Shown here piece after piece: positions 43,410-53,136 of a DNA stretch of 64,000 bases. Source of the DNA: Bacteroidales bacterium. Lineage in GTDB: Bacteria > Bacteroidota > Bacteroidia > Bacteroidales > WCHB1-69. Below the pieces are notes generated by a model. The model was given only the letters and a program-made list of their open reading frames with translations. It was not told the DNA's origin and searched no databases. Each line of letters begins with the position of its first letter. Position 1 is the first letter of the stretch. A program made the position numbers and the translations under genes. The stretch covers positions 21,286 to 85,285 of the forward strand of contig JAFYAW010000018.1 in NCBI GenBank assembly GCA_017540505.1. Direction: 5' to 3'.

Positions 43410-44857
43410 TGCCCACCCAGTCAAATATATACAAGATACCGTTTCTGCTCATCCTGATATGCGTTGGGATGCGGGTTTTTGCGCAGCAGCCTGTGGTCAT
43501 CACGGGCGAGGCCCCGTTTGCCCGCAATGAGGAGATCCGTCTGTTGGTGTTTGACGACCTGCTTAACAATATCCCCACCGTGGCGGCCCACGACAAGATT
43601 GACAAGAACGGGCGTTTCAAGCTCTCGTATTCCACCACCGACATTAAGCTGGTGCAGCTGGCCATCCGCACCACCAAGGCCGAATTTTTCATCGTGCCCT
43701 TCCACAATTATCATTTCCATATCAGTGCCGACACCCTGCTCTTCAACCTTATTAACCCGGAGACCTACGGCGGTTTCCTGCAAATCACTACAGATGAAAC
43801 CGACACCGCCGACCTCAACTACAAGATTAACAGGTTCTCCCGCTATTTCAGCGGTATCACCGACCGTTATGCCTTCCGGATTACGTACGACCACGATCCA
43901 AAGGCGTTCGACACCGTTTCCACTCTGCTTTCCGAGCGGTTCCCGATCCGGTATAATCCGGAAAATTTTTACGAATCCTACATCTACTATACGTATGGTT
44001 TGTTGGAAATCATGCTCGACCGCAGAGCCATCTATTCCAAGTATTTCGATCACGACAAGGTGCTTTACAATAACCCTGCCTACATGGCACTGTTCAACCA
44101 GTTTTATGGGAACTATCTATACAATTCACCTCGTGTCTCCAAGGACTTGCTGGCTCGCACCATCAACGAGCAGCCCGACTATCTGACTCTTTTCAACGAG
44201 GTGGGTCGGGACCCCCAGCTGGTGAACGAGCGTATCCGCGAGCTGGCCATCATCCGCAATCTGGACCAGTGGATGGACAACGAGGAGTTTGACCGTGGAA
44301 ACATTATTAAACTGCTGCAATACATCCAAGTGTCCACGCATTTTCCGGAGCATCAGCCGTTTATTGCCCATGCCCTTGAACGCGCCCTGCCTCCGGCACA
44401 GAAAGCAGATATTCCCGTGTTTGAAAACGAGAAAGGCAAACACGTCCGTTTAAACCAATTGGGTGACAAACCTATCTACGTGCAGTTTTTGCAGTCCGAC
44501 TGCATTGATTGTATCCGGGAGATGGTTTTATTAAACGAGTTTTATCAGAATTTTCAGGACAGAATCCAGTTTGTGAGCGTCTGTGCAGACCCTGGTCGCA
44601 AAACGTACGAGCAGTTCTGCAAGACCTACGGAGGGATGGTGACATGGCCAATCCTGCATCTCAACGGCAACTACGACTGGCTGATGCGCATGGGCGTGGA
44701 AACGCTGCCCGACTATATGATTCTGGGGGCTGACGGGCGGATTCTCAACCGCTACGCGCCCTCTCCCGACAATGGGCTGATCCAATATCTGAACACCCAT
44801 TTTCCAAAAGAAGAACAGGAGTTAGAAAATCCACTTTTTATCAATAGAAAAAATTAA
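43409..44857 (+). CDS. Secreted protein with C-terminal thioredoxin-fold (TlpA-like) domain
   Basis: Start at MPTQSNIYKIPFLLILICVGMRVFAQ, overlapping the coaD stop (ATGA-type). CXXC motif (CIDC) in the C-terminal domain. Confidence 0.65.
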   Translation: MPTQSNIYKIPFLLILICVGMRVFAQQPVVITGEAPFARNEEIRLLVFDDLLNNIPTVAAHDKIDKNGRFKLSYSTTDIKLVQLAIRTTKAEFFIVPFHNYHFHISADTLLFNLINPETYGGFLQITTDETDTADLNYKINRFSRYFSGITDRYAFRITYDHDPKAFDTVSTLLSERFPIRYNPENFYESYIYYTYGLLEIMLDRRAIYSKYFDHDKVLYNNPAYMALFNQFYGNYLYNSPRVSKDLLARTINEQPDYLTLFNEVGRDPQLVNERIRELAIIRNLDQWMDNEEFDRGNIIKLLQYIQVSTHFPEHQPFIAHALERALPPAQKADIPVFENEKGKHVRLNQLGDKPIYVQFLQSDCIDCIREMVLLNEFYQNFQDRIQFVSVCADPGRKTYEQFCKTYGGMVTWPILHLNGNYDWLMRMGVETLPDYMILGADGRILNRYAPSPDNGLIQYLNTHFPKEEQELENPLFINRKN

Positions 44858-44871
44858 AAAAACACCGTATT

Positions 44872-45393
44872 ATGAAAAAAAGAATCCTATCCATCCTCTG
44901 TGTGCTGGCCTTCTGCTTGCCGGTCATTGCCCAGAACGACGATACCAAACCCCAGCATCTGGCCAAAATACCCGCCATTGATATCCAGACCTTGGACGGA
45001 CAGGTTTTCAACACCGCTAACATCCAGAATGACGGAAAGCCCATCATCATCAGCCTGTGGGCCACTTGGTGCAGACCCTGCATCAATGAACTTATGGCCA
45101 TTGCCGACGAGTATGAGGAGTGGGTGGAGGAGACGGGAGTCAAGTTGTACGCCATCTCCATCGACGACTCGAAGACCTCCGCACGCGTGGCGCCGTTCGT
45201 CAACGGGCGGGGCTGGGAGTACACCGTCCTGCTGGACGTGAATTCCGACTTCAAGCGGGCCATGAACGTGAACGATGTGCCGTATCTCTGCATCCTCAAC
45301 GGCAACGGCGAGATTGTGTGGCAGCATACCTCCTACGCGGCCGGCGGCGAAGAGGAAGTCTATGAAATCATCAAGAAAATGGTCGGGAAATAG
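44872..45393 (+). CDS. TlpA-family thiol:disulfide oxidoreductase
   Basis: Signal peptide and a WATWCRPC active site; 173 aa. Confidence 0.85.
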   Translation: MKKRILSILCVLAFCLPVIAQNDDTKPQHLAKIPAIDIQTLDGQVFNTANIQNDGKPIIISLWATWCRPCINELMAIADEYEEWVEETGVKLYAISIDDSKTSARVAPFVNGRGWEYTVLLDVNSDFKRAMNVNDVPYLCILNGNGEIVWQHTSYAAGGEEEVYEIIKKMVGK

Positions 45394-45417
45394 TCCGACA
45401 GAACAAGATTCCTGAGT

Positions 45418-47139
45418 ATGAGAAAATATCTACCTCTAATAATTTCATTTTTACTGCTGTTTCCGATGACGACTCTCTTCGGGCAGCACCAGTTCGGCAA
45501 CAGCCGCATCAGTGGCGACTTCGGTTTCAGCGGCATGTATTATATGCCGGATTCCCTCATCGGAGCGGAAAAGGTGGACTCCAAGGTTCGGGCCAATGCC
45601 TTCATCAATCTGCTTTATTCGAATGGCGGCTTTTCCGCCGGTGTGCGCTACGAGTATTATCAATTCCCGCTGATCGATTTCGAGAAAATCCAGTACCAGG
45701 GTCAGGGCGTGCGCTATTTTTTCGCCGATTATAAAAACAAGTTCATCCAGGTCACCGCCGGCAACTTCTACGAGCAGTTCGGCAACGGGCTTGCGCTGCG
45801 GGCGTACGAGGACCGGCAGTTGGGCATTGACAACAGTCTGCTTGGTGCCCGCGTGAAGGTGACCCCGTACAAGGGCATCACCATCAAAGGCGTGTGGGGC
45901 ATCGAACGGTTCAATTTTGAAAGCTATTTGGGACGGCGCGACTTCGTGCGGGGCCTTGACGGCGAAATCGCTTTGGGCGAGCTTATCCCCAAGATGCAGG
46001 AGAAGGGTTTCACCACGAACATCGGGGCCTCCTTCGTGAGCAAGTTCGAGAAGGCCGACGAGCCCATCAACACCAGCCTGTATTCCGGCACCAGCAGTAT
46101 TTGTTCCGCCATAATTCCCTCCGAGAAGATTCCGCAGAACATCCCGATATGGGCCACGAGGCTGAATTTCGGGTACAAGGGTTTCCGTTTTGATGCCGAA
46201 TTCGCCCAGAAGATGCAGGACCCGAACGTTTCCAACGACTTCATCTACAAGAAAGGCGATGCGCTCTTCCTTTCGGCCACATACTCCATGAAAGGCTTTG
46301 GTGTGGCGGCCTCGTTCATCCGTTCCGATAACATGGATTTCCGTTCGCAGCGCATGGTCTCGCAGAACAGCTGGTTGGGTATTAACAACATTCCGGCCAT
46401 CAACCGGCAGTATTCGTACCAACTCATCAGCGATTACGGGTTCGCCAGCCAGCCCAACAGCCAGATTGGCGTCCAGCTTCAAGTCAACTACAAGATACCC
46501 AAGAAGACGAAATTGGGCGGCAAGTACGGTACGGACCTGACCTTCAACTTCTCCCGTTTCCACAATACCGACCAGCAGCCCGTGGCGTTGGCCCTGGAAT
46601 ACGGCACCCCCACTGGAACTGAGGGCTACACCTCCTCGTTCTTCAAATTCGGCCCCGACCTCCTCTATCAGGACATCGGACTGGAAATCAGCCATCGGTT
46701 CACCAAATCCTGGAAATGGACGTTAGCCTACAATTTCATCTCCTACAATCTTGAAATCCTGCAAGGCCATGAAGGCATGATGCGTGGGCATCTGGTGGCT
46801 TCCGATCTCCAATGGAAGATCACATCCAAGCACGCTCTGCATCTGGATCTCCAGCATTTATACACCAAAGATGACGACGGCAGTCATATCTATGGTATGC
46901 TGGAATATTCCATCAGTCCGAAATGGTTCATCTCTATCGGTGACGACTGGAATTACGGCAATCCAGATCCTTCCCGTCGGCTGCATTATTTCAATATTGC
47001 CGGAGCCTTTGTGTGGAACACCACCCGCATTGCGCTCAACTTCGGCAAGACCAAAGAGGGTATCCTCTGCATCGGAGGCGTTTGCCGTGCCGTACCCGCC
47101 TCCTACGGTGTGGGCCTTTCCATCACCACATCCTTTTAA
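45418..47139 (+). CDS. Hypothetical outer-membrane beta-barrel protein (DUF6029-like)
   Basis: Signal peptide; beta-strand periodicity; C-terminal ...LSITTSF. The family name is tentative. Confidence 0.55.
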   Translation: MRKYLPLIISFLLLFPMTTLFGQHQFGNSRISGDFGFSGMYYMPDSLIGAEKVDSKVRANAFINLLYSNGGFSAGVRYEYYQFPLIDFEKIQYQGQGVRYFFADYKNKFIQVTAGNFYEQFGNGLALRAYEDRQLGIDNSLLGARVKVTPYKGITIKGVWGIERFNFESYLGRRDFVRGLDGEIALGELIPKMQEKGFTTNIGASFVSKFEKADEPINTSLYSGTSSICSAIIPSEKIPQNIPIWATRLNFGYKGFRFDAEFAQKMQDPNVSNDFIYKKGDALFLSATYSMKGFGVAASFIRSDNMDFRSQRMVSQNSWLGINNIPAINRQYSYQLISDYGFASQPNSQIGVQLQVNYKIPKKTKLGGKYGTDLTFNFSRFHNTDQQPVALALEYGTPTGTEGYTSSFFKFGPDLLYQDIGLEISHRFTKSWKWTLAYNFISYNLEILQGHEGMMRGHLVASDLQWKITSKHALHLDLQHLYTKDDDGSHIYGMLEYSISPKWFISIGDDWNYGNPDPSRRLHYFNIAGAFVWNTTRIALNFGKTKEGILCIGGVCRAVPASYGVGLSITTSF

Positions 47140-47168
47140 CCTCATACCATAATTATATTATTGTAAAA

Positions 47169-48020
47169 ATGGAAAAAATGAGAAACATCATCATAGCATT
47201 GTTCATCGCGGCGGGCCTTATGGCTGCCTGCGACCGCATTGAAGGCCCCTACATCATCCCCAGTGAAGTGGAGGATGTGACGGTGGAGTTCCCCCCTCTG
47301 GATCAAAGTAGTGTTTTCCGCAAACTGCTGATTGAAGAATACACGGGTCATTATTGTCCGAACTGTCCGGATGGCCACGAAGAATTGGACCGACTGCATA
47401 CGGTTTTCGGCGACACCTTAGTGATGGTGGGCATCCATGCTGGAGCTTTGGCGGCCCCGCAGTCGGGAATTCCGGCGTTTTCCTACGATTTCCGTACGGA
47501 TGTCGGGAATGAATTGCGCACTTTCTTCAATATCGACGGCATCCCTGTTGCCATCATCAACCGTCATCAGAACATTGTGTCGCCCGCTCGCTGGCAATCG
47601 AAGCTGGAGGCTGAAAGCCGCACTCCGATGGCTGCCATCCAACTCATCAACCAATATGGCACCATGCAGCCGGATGTCCTGAAAGTGAACGCCAAGGTCA
47701 CCATGTTAGCGGATTATCCCAACGCTCTGCGACTCTCGTTGTTCCTTATAGAGGACAACGTCATTAAGCCGCAGCTCAAACATACGGAAACCATTATGGA
47801 ATACACGCACAAGCATGTGCTGCGTGCGGGATTGAACGGCACCTTCGGCGACCTGCTGTCCAGCGACGGCGTCTTGCAGAAAGATTCTGCCTACATGTAT
47901 GGGCGATCCATTTCCTTTGCGGGACACGACTGGAATCCTGACAACTGTTCGGTGGTGGCCATCCTGCACGACAAGGCTAACGGGAAAGTGCTTCAGGTGG
48001 AGCAACTTCGTGTCAAGTAG
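47169..48020 (+). CDS. Omp28-related lipoprotein with thioredoxin-like CXXC
   Basis: Start at MEKMRNIIIALFIAAGLMAAC (lipobox). EEYTGHYCPNCPDGHEEL motif. Confidence 0.65.
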   Translation: MEKMRNIIIALFIAAGLMAACDRIEGPYIIPSEVEDVTVEFPPLDQSSVFRKLLIEEYTGHYCPNCPDGHEELDRLHTVFGDTLVMVGIHAGALAAPQSGIPAFSYDFRTDVGNELRTFFNIDGIPVAIINRHQNIVSPARWQSKLEAESRTPMAAIQLINQYGTMQPDVLKVNAKVTMLADYPNALRLSLFLIEDNVIKPQLKHTETIMEYTHKHVLRAGLNGTFGDLLSSDGVLQKDSAYMYGRSISFAGHDWNPDNCSVVAILHDKANGKVLQVEQLRVK

Positions 48021-48047
48021 AATTTTTATAATAAAACATTTAACTAT

Positions 48048-48962
48048 ATGAAGATTGTAGCTGTAGAACCTATCGGCATCAGCGAAGAGCGAGCCACCTA
48101 TATTGCATCCGATTTGGCCGCTAAAGGCCATGAGTTCATCTGCTACCGCGACCGTAAGGAGGATGCGGAAACCCTTATCGAGCGGATGAAGGATGCGGAG
48201 GAGGTCGTTGTGTCCAATATTAAAATTGGGAGCGACATACTGTCGCAATGTCCTAAGCTGAAGAAACTCAACGTCGCCTTCACAGGCTTGGACCATATTG
48301 ATTTGGAATACTGCCGTGCACATGGCATCGAGGTGGTGAATGCCTCCGGCTATGCCACGGAGGGTGTGGCGGAGTTGGCCATCGGGCTGATGTTGGATGT
48401 GTATCGGCGCATCACGGCGTTGGATGCCGACATCCGTCGTGGGGGCACGCGCAACAACTTCTTAGGTCGCGAGCTGCGGGGCAAGCGTGTGGGCATTGTG
48501 GGTACGGGTGCCATCGGGCGGCGCACGGCCCTTCTGCTCCAGGCTTTCGGCTGCGAGGTGGTGGCATGGAGCCGCTCCGAGTACGACGACCTTGCCGCGC
48601 AAGGCATCGTCTATCTTCCCTTGGAAGAGCTGATGAAGACCAGCGACATCATCTCTCTGCACGTGCCGCTGACGGCCGAGACGCACCATCTTATCAGCCG
48701 CGAGCGGTTGGCGTTGTGCAAGCCCACGGCCGTCATCATCAATACCGCCCGTGGTAACGTGGTGGACATCGATGCCTTGGCCGACATGCTGAAAGCGGGT
48801 GCGATTGCCGGTGCCGGCTTTGACGTGTATGAGAAAGAGCCGCCTTTGGCGGAAGACCATCCTCTTTTCAACGCACCCAACTGTGTGCTCGTACCCCACG
48901 TGGGCTACGCCACCCGCGAGGCCTTCGACGACCGCATTGACATTGTACTCAGTCACATATAA
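48048..48962 (+). CDS. D-isomer-specific 2-hydroxyacid dehydrogenase (NAD-binding)
   Basis: GIVGTGAIGRRTA Rossmann motif and the catalytic-region pattern NTARGNVVD...VPHVGYAT. Confidence 0.85.
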   Translation: MKIVAVEPIGISEERATYIASDLAAKGHEFICYRDRKEDAETLIERMKDAEEVVVSNIKIGSDILSQCPKLKKLNVAFTGLDHIDLEYCRAHGIEVVNASGYATEGVAELAIGLMLDVYRRITALDADIRRGGTRNNFLGRELRGKRVGIVGTGAIGRRTALLLQAFGCEVVAWSRSEYDDLAAQGIVYLPLEELMKTSDIISLHVPLTAETHHLISRERLALCKPTAVIINTARGNVVDIDALADMLKAGAIAGAGFDVYEKEPPLAEDHPLFNAPNCVLVPHVGYATREAFDDRIDIVLSHI

Positions 48963-48977
48963 AACTTCCAGCACTCC

Positions 48978-50330
48978 ATGTTCCAAAAAATCATCAACGC
49001 CTGCGTCCGAGTGGTGCAACGCTACCTGCCGGAGCCGTTCATTTTCGCCATTCTGCTCACCTTTGTCGCCGCCCTGTTGGCGATGCCCATCTGCCATCAG
49101 ACTCCTTTGGAGGTGATGGAGCATTGGGGCAACGGTGTGTGGGGCCTGTTGGCCTTCGCCATGCAGATGGCGTTGGTGTTGGTGTGCGGTTCCACGTTAG
49201 CTGCCGCTCCTGTCATCAAAAAGGGTATCAGCCGGTTGGCGGGCATTCCCAAGACCCCTGCCGGAGCCATCGCTCTTGTGACGGGCGTGTCGGCAGTGGC
49301 TTGTTGGCTCAACTGGGGCTTCGGCCTGATTGTGGGGGTGATTTTCGCCAAGGAGATCGCCCGCAAGCTGTCGGGGGTGGACTACCGTCTCCTGATAGCC
49401 TCTGCCTATAGCGGCTTCGTTGTGTGGCATGCGGGTCTGTCCGGATCCATCCCGCTGACGATGGCCACGCCCGGGGAGGCGCTCACCAAGGCCACCAACG
49501 GCATCCTCACCGAGCCCGTTCCTGTGACGCAGACCATCTTGGATCCGCACAACCTCATCATGGTGGCACTCACCATCGCCGCCATCGTGGTGGTGAATGC
49601 GCTCATGCACCCGCATCCCGAAAAAGTGGTGGCTATCGACCCTGCCCTGCTGGCGGAAGAACAACCCCAGCCGGACATCGTACCCTCCACACCTGCCGAG
49701 AAGTTGGAGAACAGTCGTATTCTGAATTGGTTAGTGGCCATTTTGGGACTTGGATATCTGATTGTTAAAATCGGATTCCGGGGAGGTTCGTTAGATCTCA
49801 ACTCGGTAATCATGCTGTTCCTGTTTATCGGCATCATCCTGCATGGAACGCCATTGGCCTATGTCCGGGCTTTCACCAAAGCGGCTTCCGGCGCGGCGGG
49901 TATCATCCTGCAGTTCCCATTCTACGCCGGCATCATGGGCATTATCACGGGCATCGGTCATTCCGGCATCTGCTTCGGCACCGTCATCAGCAACGCCTGC
50001 ATCTCCATTTCCACCCCCACCACCTATCCGCTGCTCACCTTCCTGTGTGCTGCGGTGCTCAACATGTTCGTGCCTTCGGGCGGCGGTCACTGGGCCATCC
50101 AGGCGCCCATCATGTTCGCCGCCGGTGCCAACTTGGGGGTGGATCCGGGTTTGACGGGCACCGCCATCGCGTGGGGTGATGCGTGGACCAATCTCATACA
50201 GCCCTTCTGGGCCATCCCCGCATTGGCTATCGCCAAACTCAACGCCAAAGACATCATGGGCTTTTGCCTCATTGATTTAGTGGTCAGTGGGTTTATCATT
50301 TGCGGCGGCCTCTTGATTTGGGCATTATAA
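48978..50330 (+). CDS. atoE: Short-chain fatty acid transporter (AtoE family)
   Basis: N-terminus VQRYLPEPFIFAILLTF... resembles AtoE. About 12 TM segments; 450 aa. Confidence 0.7.
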   Translation: MFQKIINACVRVVQRYLPEPFIFAILLTFVAALLAMPICHQTPLEVMEHWGNGVWGLLAFAMQMALVLVCGSTLAAAPVIKKGISRLAGIPKTPAGAIALVTGVSAVACWLNWGFGLIVGVIFAKEIARKLSGVDYRLLIASAYSGFVVWHAGLSGSIPLTMATPGEALTKATNGILTEPVPVTQTILDPHNLIMVALTIAAIVVVNALMHPHPEKVVAIDPALLAEEQPQPDIVPSTPAEKLENSRILNWLVAILGLGYLIVKIGFRGGSLDLNSVIMLFLFIGIILHGTPLAYVRAFTKAASGAAGIILQFPFYAGIMGIITGIGHSGICFGTVISNACISISTPTTYPLLTFLCAAVLNMFVPSGGGHWAIQAPIMFAAGANLGVDPGLTGTAIAWGDAWTNLIQPFWAIPALAIAKLNAKDIMGFCLIDLVVSGFIICGGLLIWAL

Positions 50331-50361
50331 TGATTTTACAATAATAAAACATAGAAAAAAC

Positions 50362-51954
50362 ATGATGAAACCTTTGTTCACCCTTTTGTTCCTTGCGGCT
50401 GTCAGCGTGGCTGTCGCCCAAACCGATTACGATCCCATGACCGAAGGCATGGAGTGCACCTCCATTACCATCGGCAAGAAGGCCTCCGCTGATGGCTCTG
50501 TCATGACCTCGCACACGGATGACAGTCATCGTTCGCGTACCAACATTATGGTGGAGCCGGCCATGGACCACCAGGCGGGCGAGACTGAGGGTATGTACTG
50601 GCGTCGCTGGGCCAAGAAGGTCCCTGGCCAGATGGCCCGTTACGAGAACATCCTCATCGGCGAGATCCCGCAGGTGGCGCACACCTACCAGTTCCTGAAC
50701 ACCGCATATCCCTGCGTGAACGAGAAACAGCTGGCCATCGGCGAGTCCACCTTTGGCGGGCGGTCGGAGCTGAAATCCGACAGCGGACTGATTGAGTGCC
50801 AGACTTTGTGCCGTCTCATGGTGCAGCGTTGCACCACCGCCCGCCAGGCCATCCGCATGGCTGGTGAACTCCTCAAGGAGTACGGCTGGCGCGATGCGGG
50901 CGAATGTCTCACCATCGCTGACAAGAATGAGGTGTGGCATCTGGAGATCCTCGGCCCAGGTAAGGACAAACGTGGGGCTGTATGGGCAGCCCAGCGCGTA
51001 CCCGACGACCATGTGGCCGTCAATGCCAATGCCTCTACCATCCGCGAAATCAACCTGAAAGACAAGGACTACTATATGGCCTCCGACAATGTCTATTCCT
51101 TGGCTAAGGAGAATGGCTGGTGGGACGGCAAGTCCACGTTCCAGTTTGCATACGCCTACGCGCCGCAGACGCGCACGATGATTGCCTGCCGGCGTCGCGA
51201 GTGGCGCGTCTTCGATCTGCTCGCGCCGTCACTCAAGTTGGATCCCAATGCTGAGAATTACCCCTTCTCGGTCAAGCCCGACACCTTGGTGACCATTGAG
51301 AAGATGATGAGCATCTTCAAAGACTACTATGAGGGTACTCCTTACGATATGCGCAAGACGTTGACGGTGGCCAACAAAGAGGGCAAACAGGTGATTTCCC
51401 CGATGGCCAATCCCTTCATGAAGGCCGATGAGCTGAAGCTGCATCGCATCAACGGCGGATGGAACGAGCTAGGCGAGCGTAACATAGCTGTACATTTCAC
51501 CGTTTACGGCACCATTATCCAATGTCGTGCCGACCTGCCCGACGAGGTGGGTGCACTTTGCTGGTTTGCCCTTGACAACGTGGCATCCTCCATTTATGTG
51601 CCCATCTATGCCAACGTCACTGACCTGCCCACCACCTACAAGACCGACGGCCGTATGACGGGCTTCAGCAAAGAGGCCGCGTGGTGGGGCTTCAACCGTG
51701 TGGGCAGTTTGGCCTGCCAGCGTTGGGGCGACATGCACATCGTCATTGACAAGACGTGGGAACCTTTGGAGAAACAGTTTATTGACGAGCACAAAGACGT
51801 TGAGCAGAAGGCGTTACAGCTGTTGAAGAGCGGCAACCGTCAGGAGGCCATCCGCACATTGACGGACTTCACCAACCGTTGCGGCAATACTGCTGTGGAG
51901 ACCGCCTGGAAGCTCGGCGACCGCATCTGGACCGACTTTGACGGGATGTGGTAG
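50362..51954 (+). CDS. Peptidase family C69 dipeptidase
   Basis: Signal peptide, then CTSITIGKKASADGSVMTSHTDD (an N-terminal nucleophile Cys context typical of C69). Confidence 0.8.
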   Translation: MMKPLFTLLFLAAVSVAVAQTDYDPMTEGMECTSITIGKKASADGSVMTSHTDDSHRSRTNIMVEPAMDHQAGETEGMYWRRWAKKVPGQMARYENILIGEIPQVAHTYQFLNTAYPCVNEKQLAIGESTFGGRSELKSDSGLIECQTLCRLMVQRCTTARQAIRMAGELLKEYGWRDAGECLTIADKNEVWHLEILGPGKDKRGAVWAAQRVPDDHVAVNANASTIREINLKDKDYYMASDNVYSLAKENGWWDGKSTFQFAYAYAPQTRTMIACRRREWRVFDLLAPSLKLDPNAENYPFSVKPDTLVTIEKMMSIFKDYYEGTPYDMRKTLTVANKEGKQVISPMANPFMKADELKLHRINGGWNELGERNIAVHFTVYGTIIQCRADLPDEVGALCWFALDNVASSIYVPIYANVTDLPTTYKTDGRMTGFSKEAAWWGFNRVGSLACQRWGDMHIVIDKTWEPLEKQFIDEHKDVEQKALQLLKSGNRQEAIRTLTDFTNRCGNTAVETAWKLGDRIWTDFDGMW

Positions 51955-51962
51955 TTTTTCGC

Positions 51963-51970
51963 TATTTTTG
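51963..51970 (+). promoter_or_regulatory. -7 box TATTTTTG for tsaE
   Basis: TAnnTTTG 25 nt upstream of the ATG at 51995. It lies inside the longer ORF, which supports the internal start. Confidence 0.55.
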
Positions 51971-51994
51971 CAGCATAAAAAAACGGAAAGGAAA

Positions 51995-52405
51995 ATGCAA
52001 CAGATTACGGCAAACGAGCAGCAGCTGGCCGGGGTGGCGGATGCCATCCTGAAGGCATACCCCCGGGAGCGTGTTTTTGGCTTTTACGGGGAAATGGGTG
52101 TCGGGAAGACGACGCTGATAAAAGTGATGTGTCGCGTGCTTGGCGTGTGCGACATCACCTCATCGCCCACGTTTGCCATTGTCAATGAATATTGGACCGA
52201 ATCGGGCCAGCCGGTGTATCATTTTGATTTCTACCGTATTGACGAGCCTGCGGATGCCACCCGAATCGGCTTTGAGGAGTATCTGGCCAGCGGCGCGTAC
52301 TGCTTTATCGAGTGGACGGAGAAGGTGGAACCCATCCTCGGGGATGACTTCATCCCGGTACGCATTGAACGGGAGGATGACACGACGCGCAACATTATTT
52401 TCTGA
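51995..52405 (+). CDS. tsaE: tRNA t6A biosynthesis ATPase TsaE
   Basis: Walker A GEMGVGKTTL, SPTFAIVNEY and YHFDFYR motifs. Confidence 0.88.
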   Translation: MQQITANEQQLAGVADAILKAYPRERVFGFYGEMGVGKTTLIKVMCRVLGVCDITSSPTFAIVNEYWTESGQPVYHFDFYRIDEPADATRIGFEEYLASGAYCFIEWTEKVEPILGDDFIPVRIEREDDTTRNIIF

Positions 52406-52420
52406 TGAAACATCACTGAA

Positions 52421-53134
52421 ATGGGTACAACAGGAATGATATGGGATGATGCGTCGCCGGTGACGTTGGAAAAGCCGGCGGCGGTGGAGATTGTGCATCA
52501 TGGTGTGTCCGTGGCCCTCATTGCGGATGATATGCCTCTTGGCGATTTCGCGTGGATTACGCCGAACGCGGTCCGCACGTTAGTGGAGAATCATGTCAAA
52601 GTCTATATGCAGCGCGGCTTTGCGGAACATTCGCCCTACTCGGATATGGATTATGCCGATGTGGGGGCGGAGTTCGAGGACGAGTTTGTGCGGTTGGCGG
52701 CAATGTCGCCCCTGTTAGTGAAGTTCATGCCGTTCACGGAGGAGCAGATCGGGCAGATGCGCGAGGGGCAGATCATCCTCTCCACGCAGCAGGCCGCGCA
52801 GATGAGCCTCCCGCAGGTGGAAATGCTTCTCCGCAAGAAAATCTCCGCGTTGGCCATGAATCTGATACGCGATGCGCAGGGCCTCTCCGTCACCGACAGA
52901 ATACTTTCGGAGACCATCACCCCGGTAGGGTTAGGCATCGCATTGTCCAATTTTGTGCTTCCGATGATTTTGAACATCCTGTTCAGTCCGCGCTTCCGCT
53001 TCGCCCTGCAGCGCACGCCAGCCCTGATGCAGAGCGTCTATTGCTACGACGGGCACCTGTGCAACGCGGAAATGGCCGAACTGCTCGGCCTGCCATGGAA
53101 GGACATCGTAACGCTTTGCTGGGATTTGAATTAG
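52421..53134 (+). CDS. Hypothetical protein (weak resemblance to an alanine dehydrogenase/PNT N-terminal domain)
   Basis: 237-aa ORF directly after tsaE. The N-terminal half is weakly AlaDH/PNT-N-like and the C-terminal half is hydrophobic. The call is tentative. Confidence 0.45.
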   Translation: MGTTGMIWDDASPVTLEKPAAVEIVHHGVSVALIADDMPLGDFAWITPNAVRTLVENHVKVYMQRGFAEHSPYSDMDYADVGAEFEDEFVRLAAMSPLLVKFMPFTEEQIGQMREGQIILSTQQAAQMSLPQVEMLLRKKISALAMNLIRDAQGLSVTDRILSETITPVGLGIALSNFVLPMILNILFSPRFRFALQRTPALMQSVYCYDGHLCNAEMAELLGLPWKDIVTLCWDLN

Positions 53135-53136
53135 AA

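Noticed and set aside
45451-46695. 414-aa minus-strand ORF, plus similar long antisense ORFs at 60944..62158, 20443..21720, 17597..18577, 48462..49124, 50296..51012, 41816..42301 and 8005..8643
   Set aside because: Each lies opposite a gene that has a signal peptide and/or recognisable family motifs. None has a -7 box, a signal peptide or a motif of its own.
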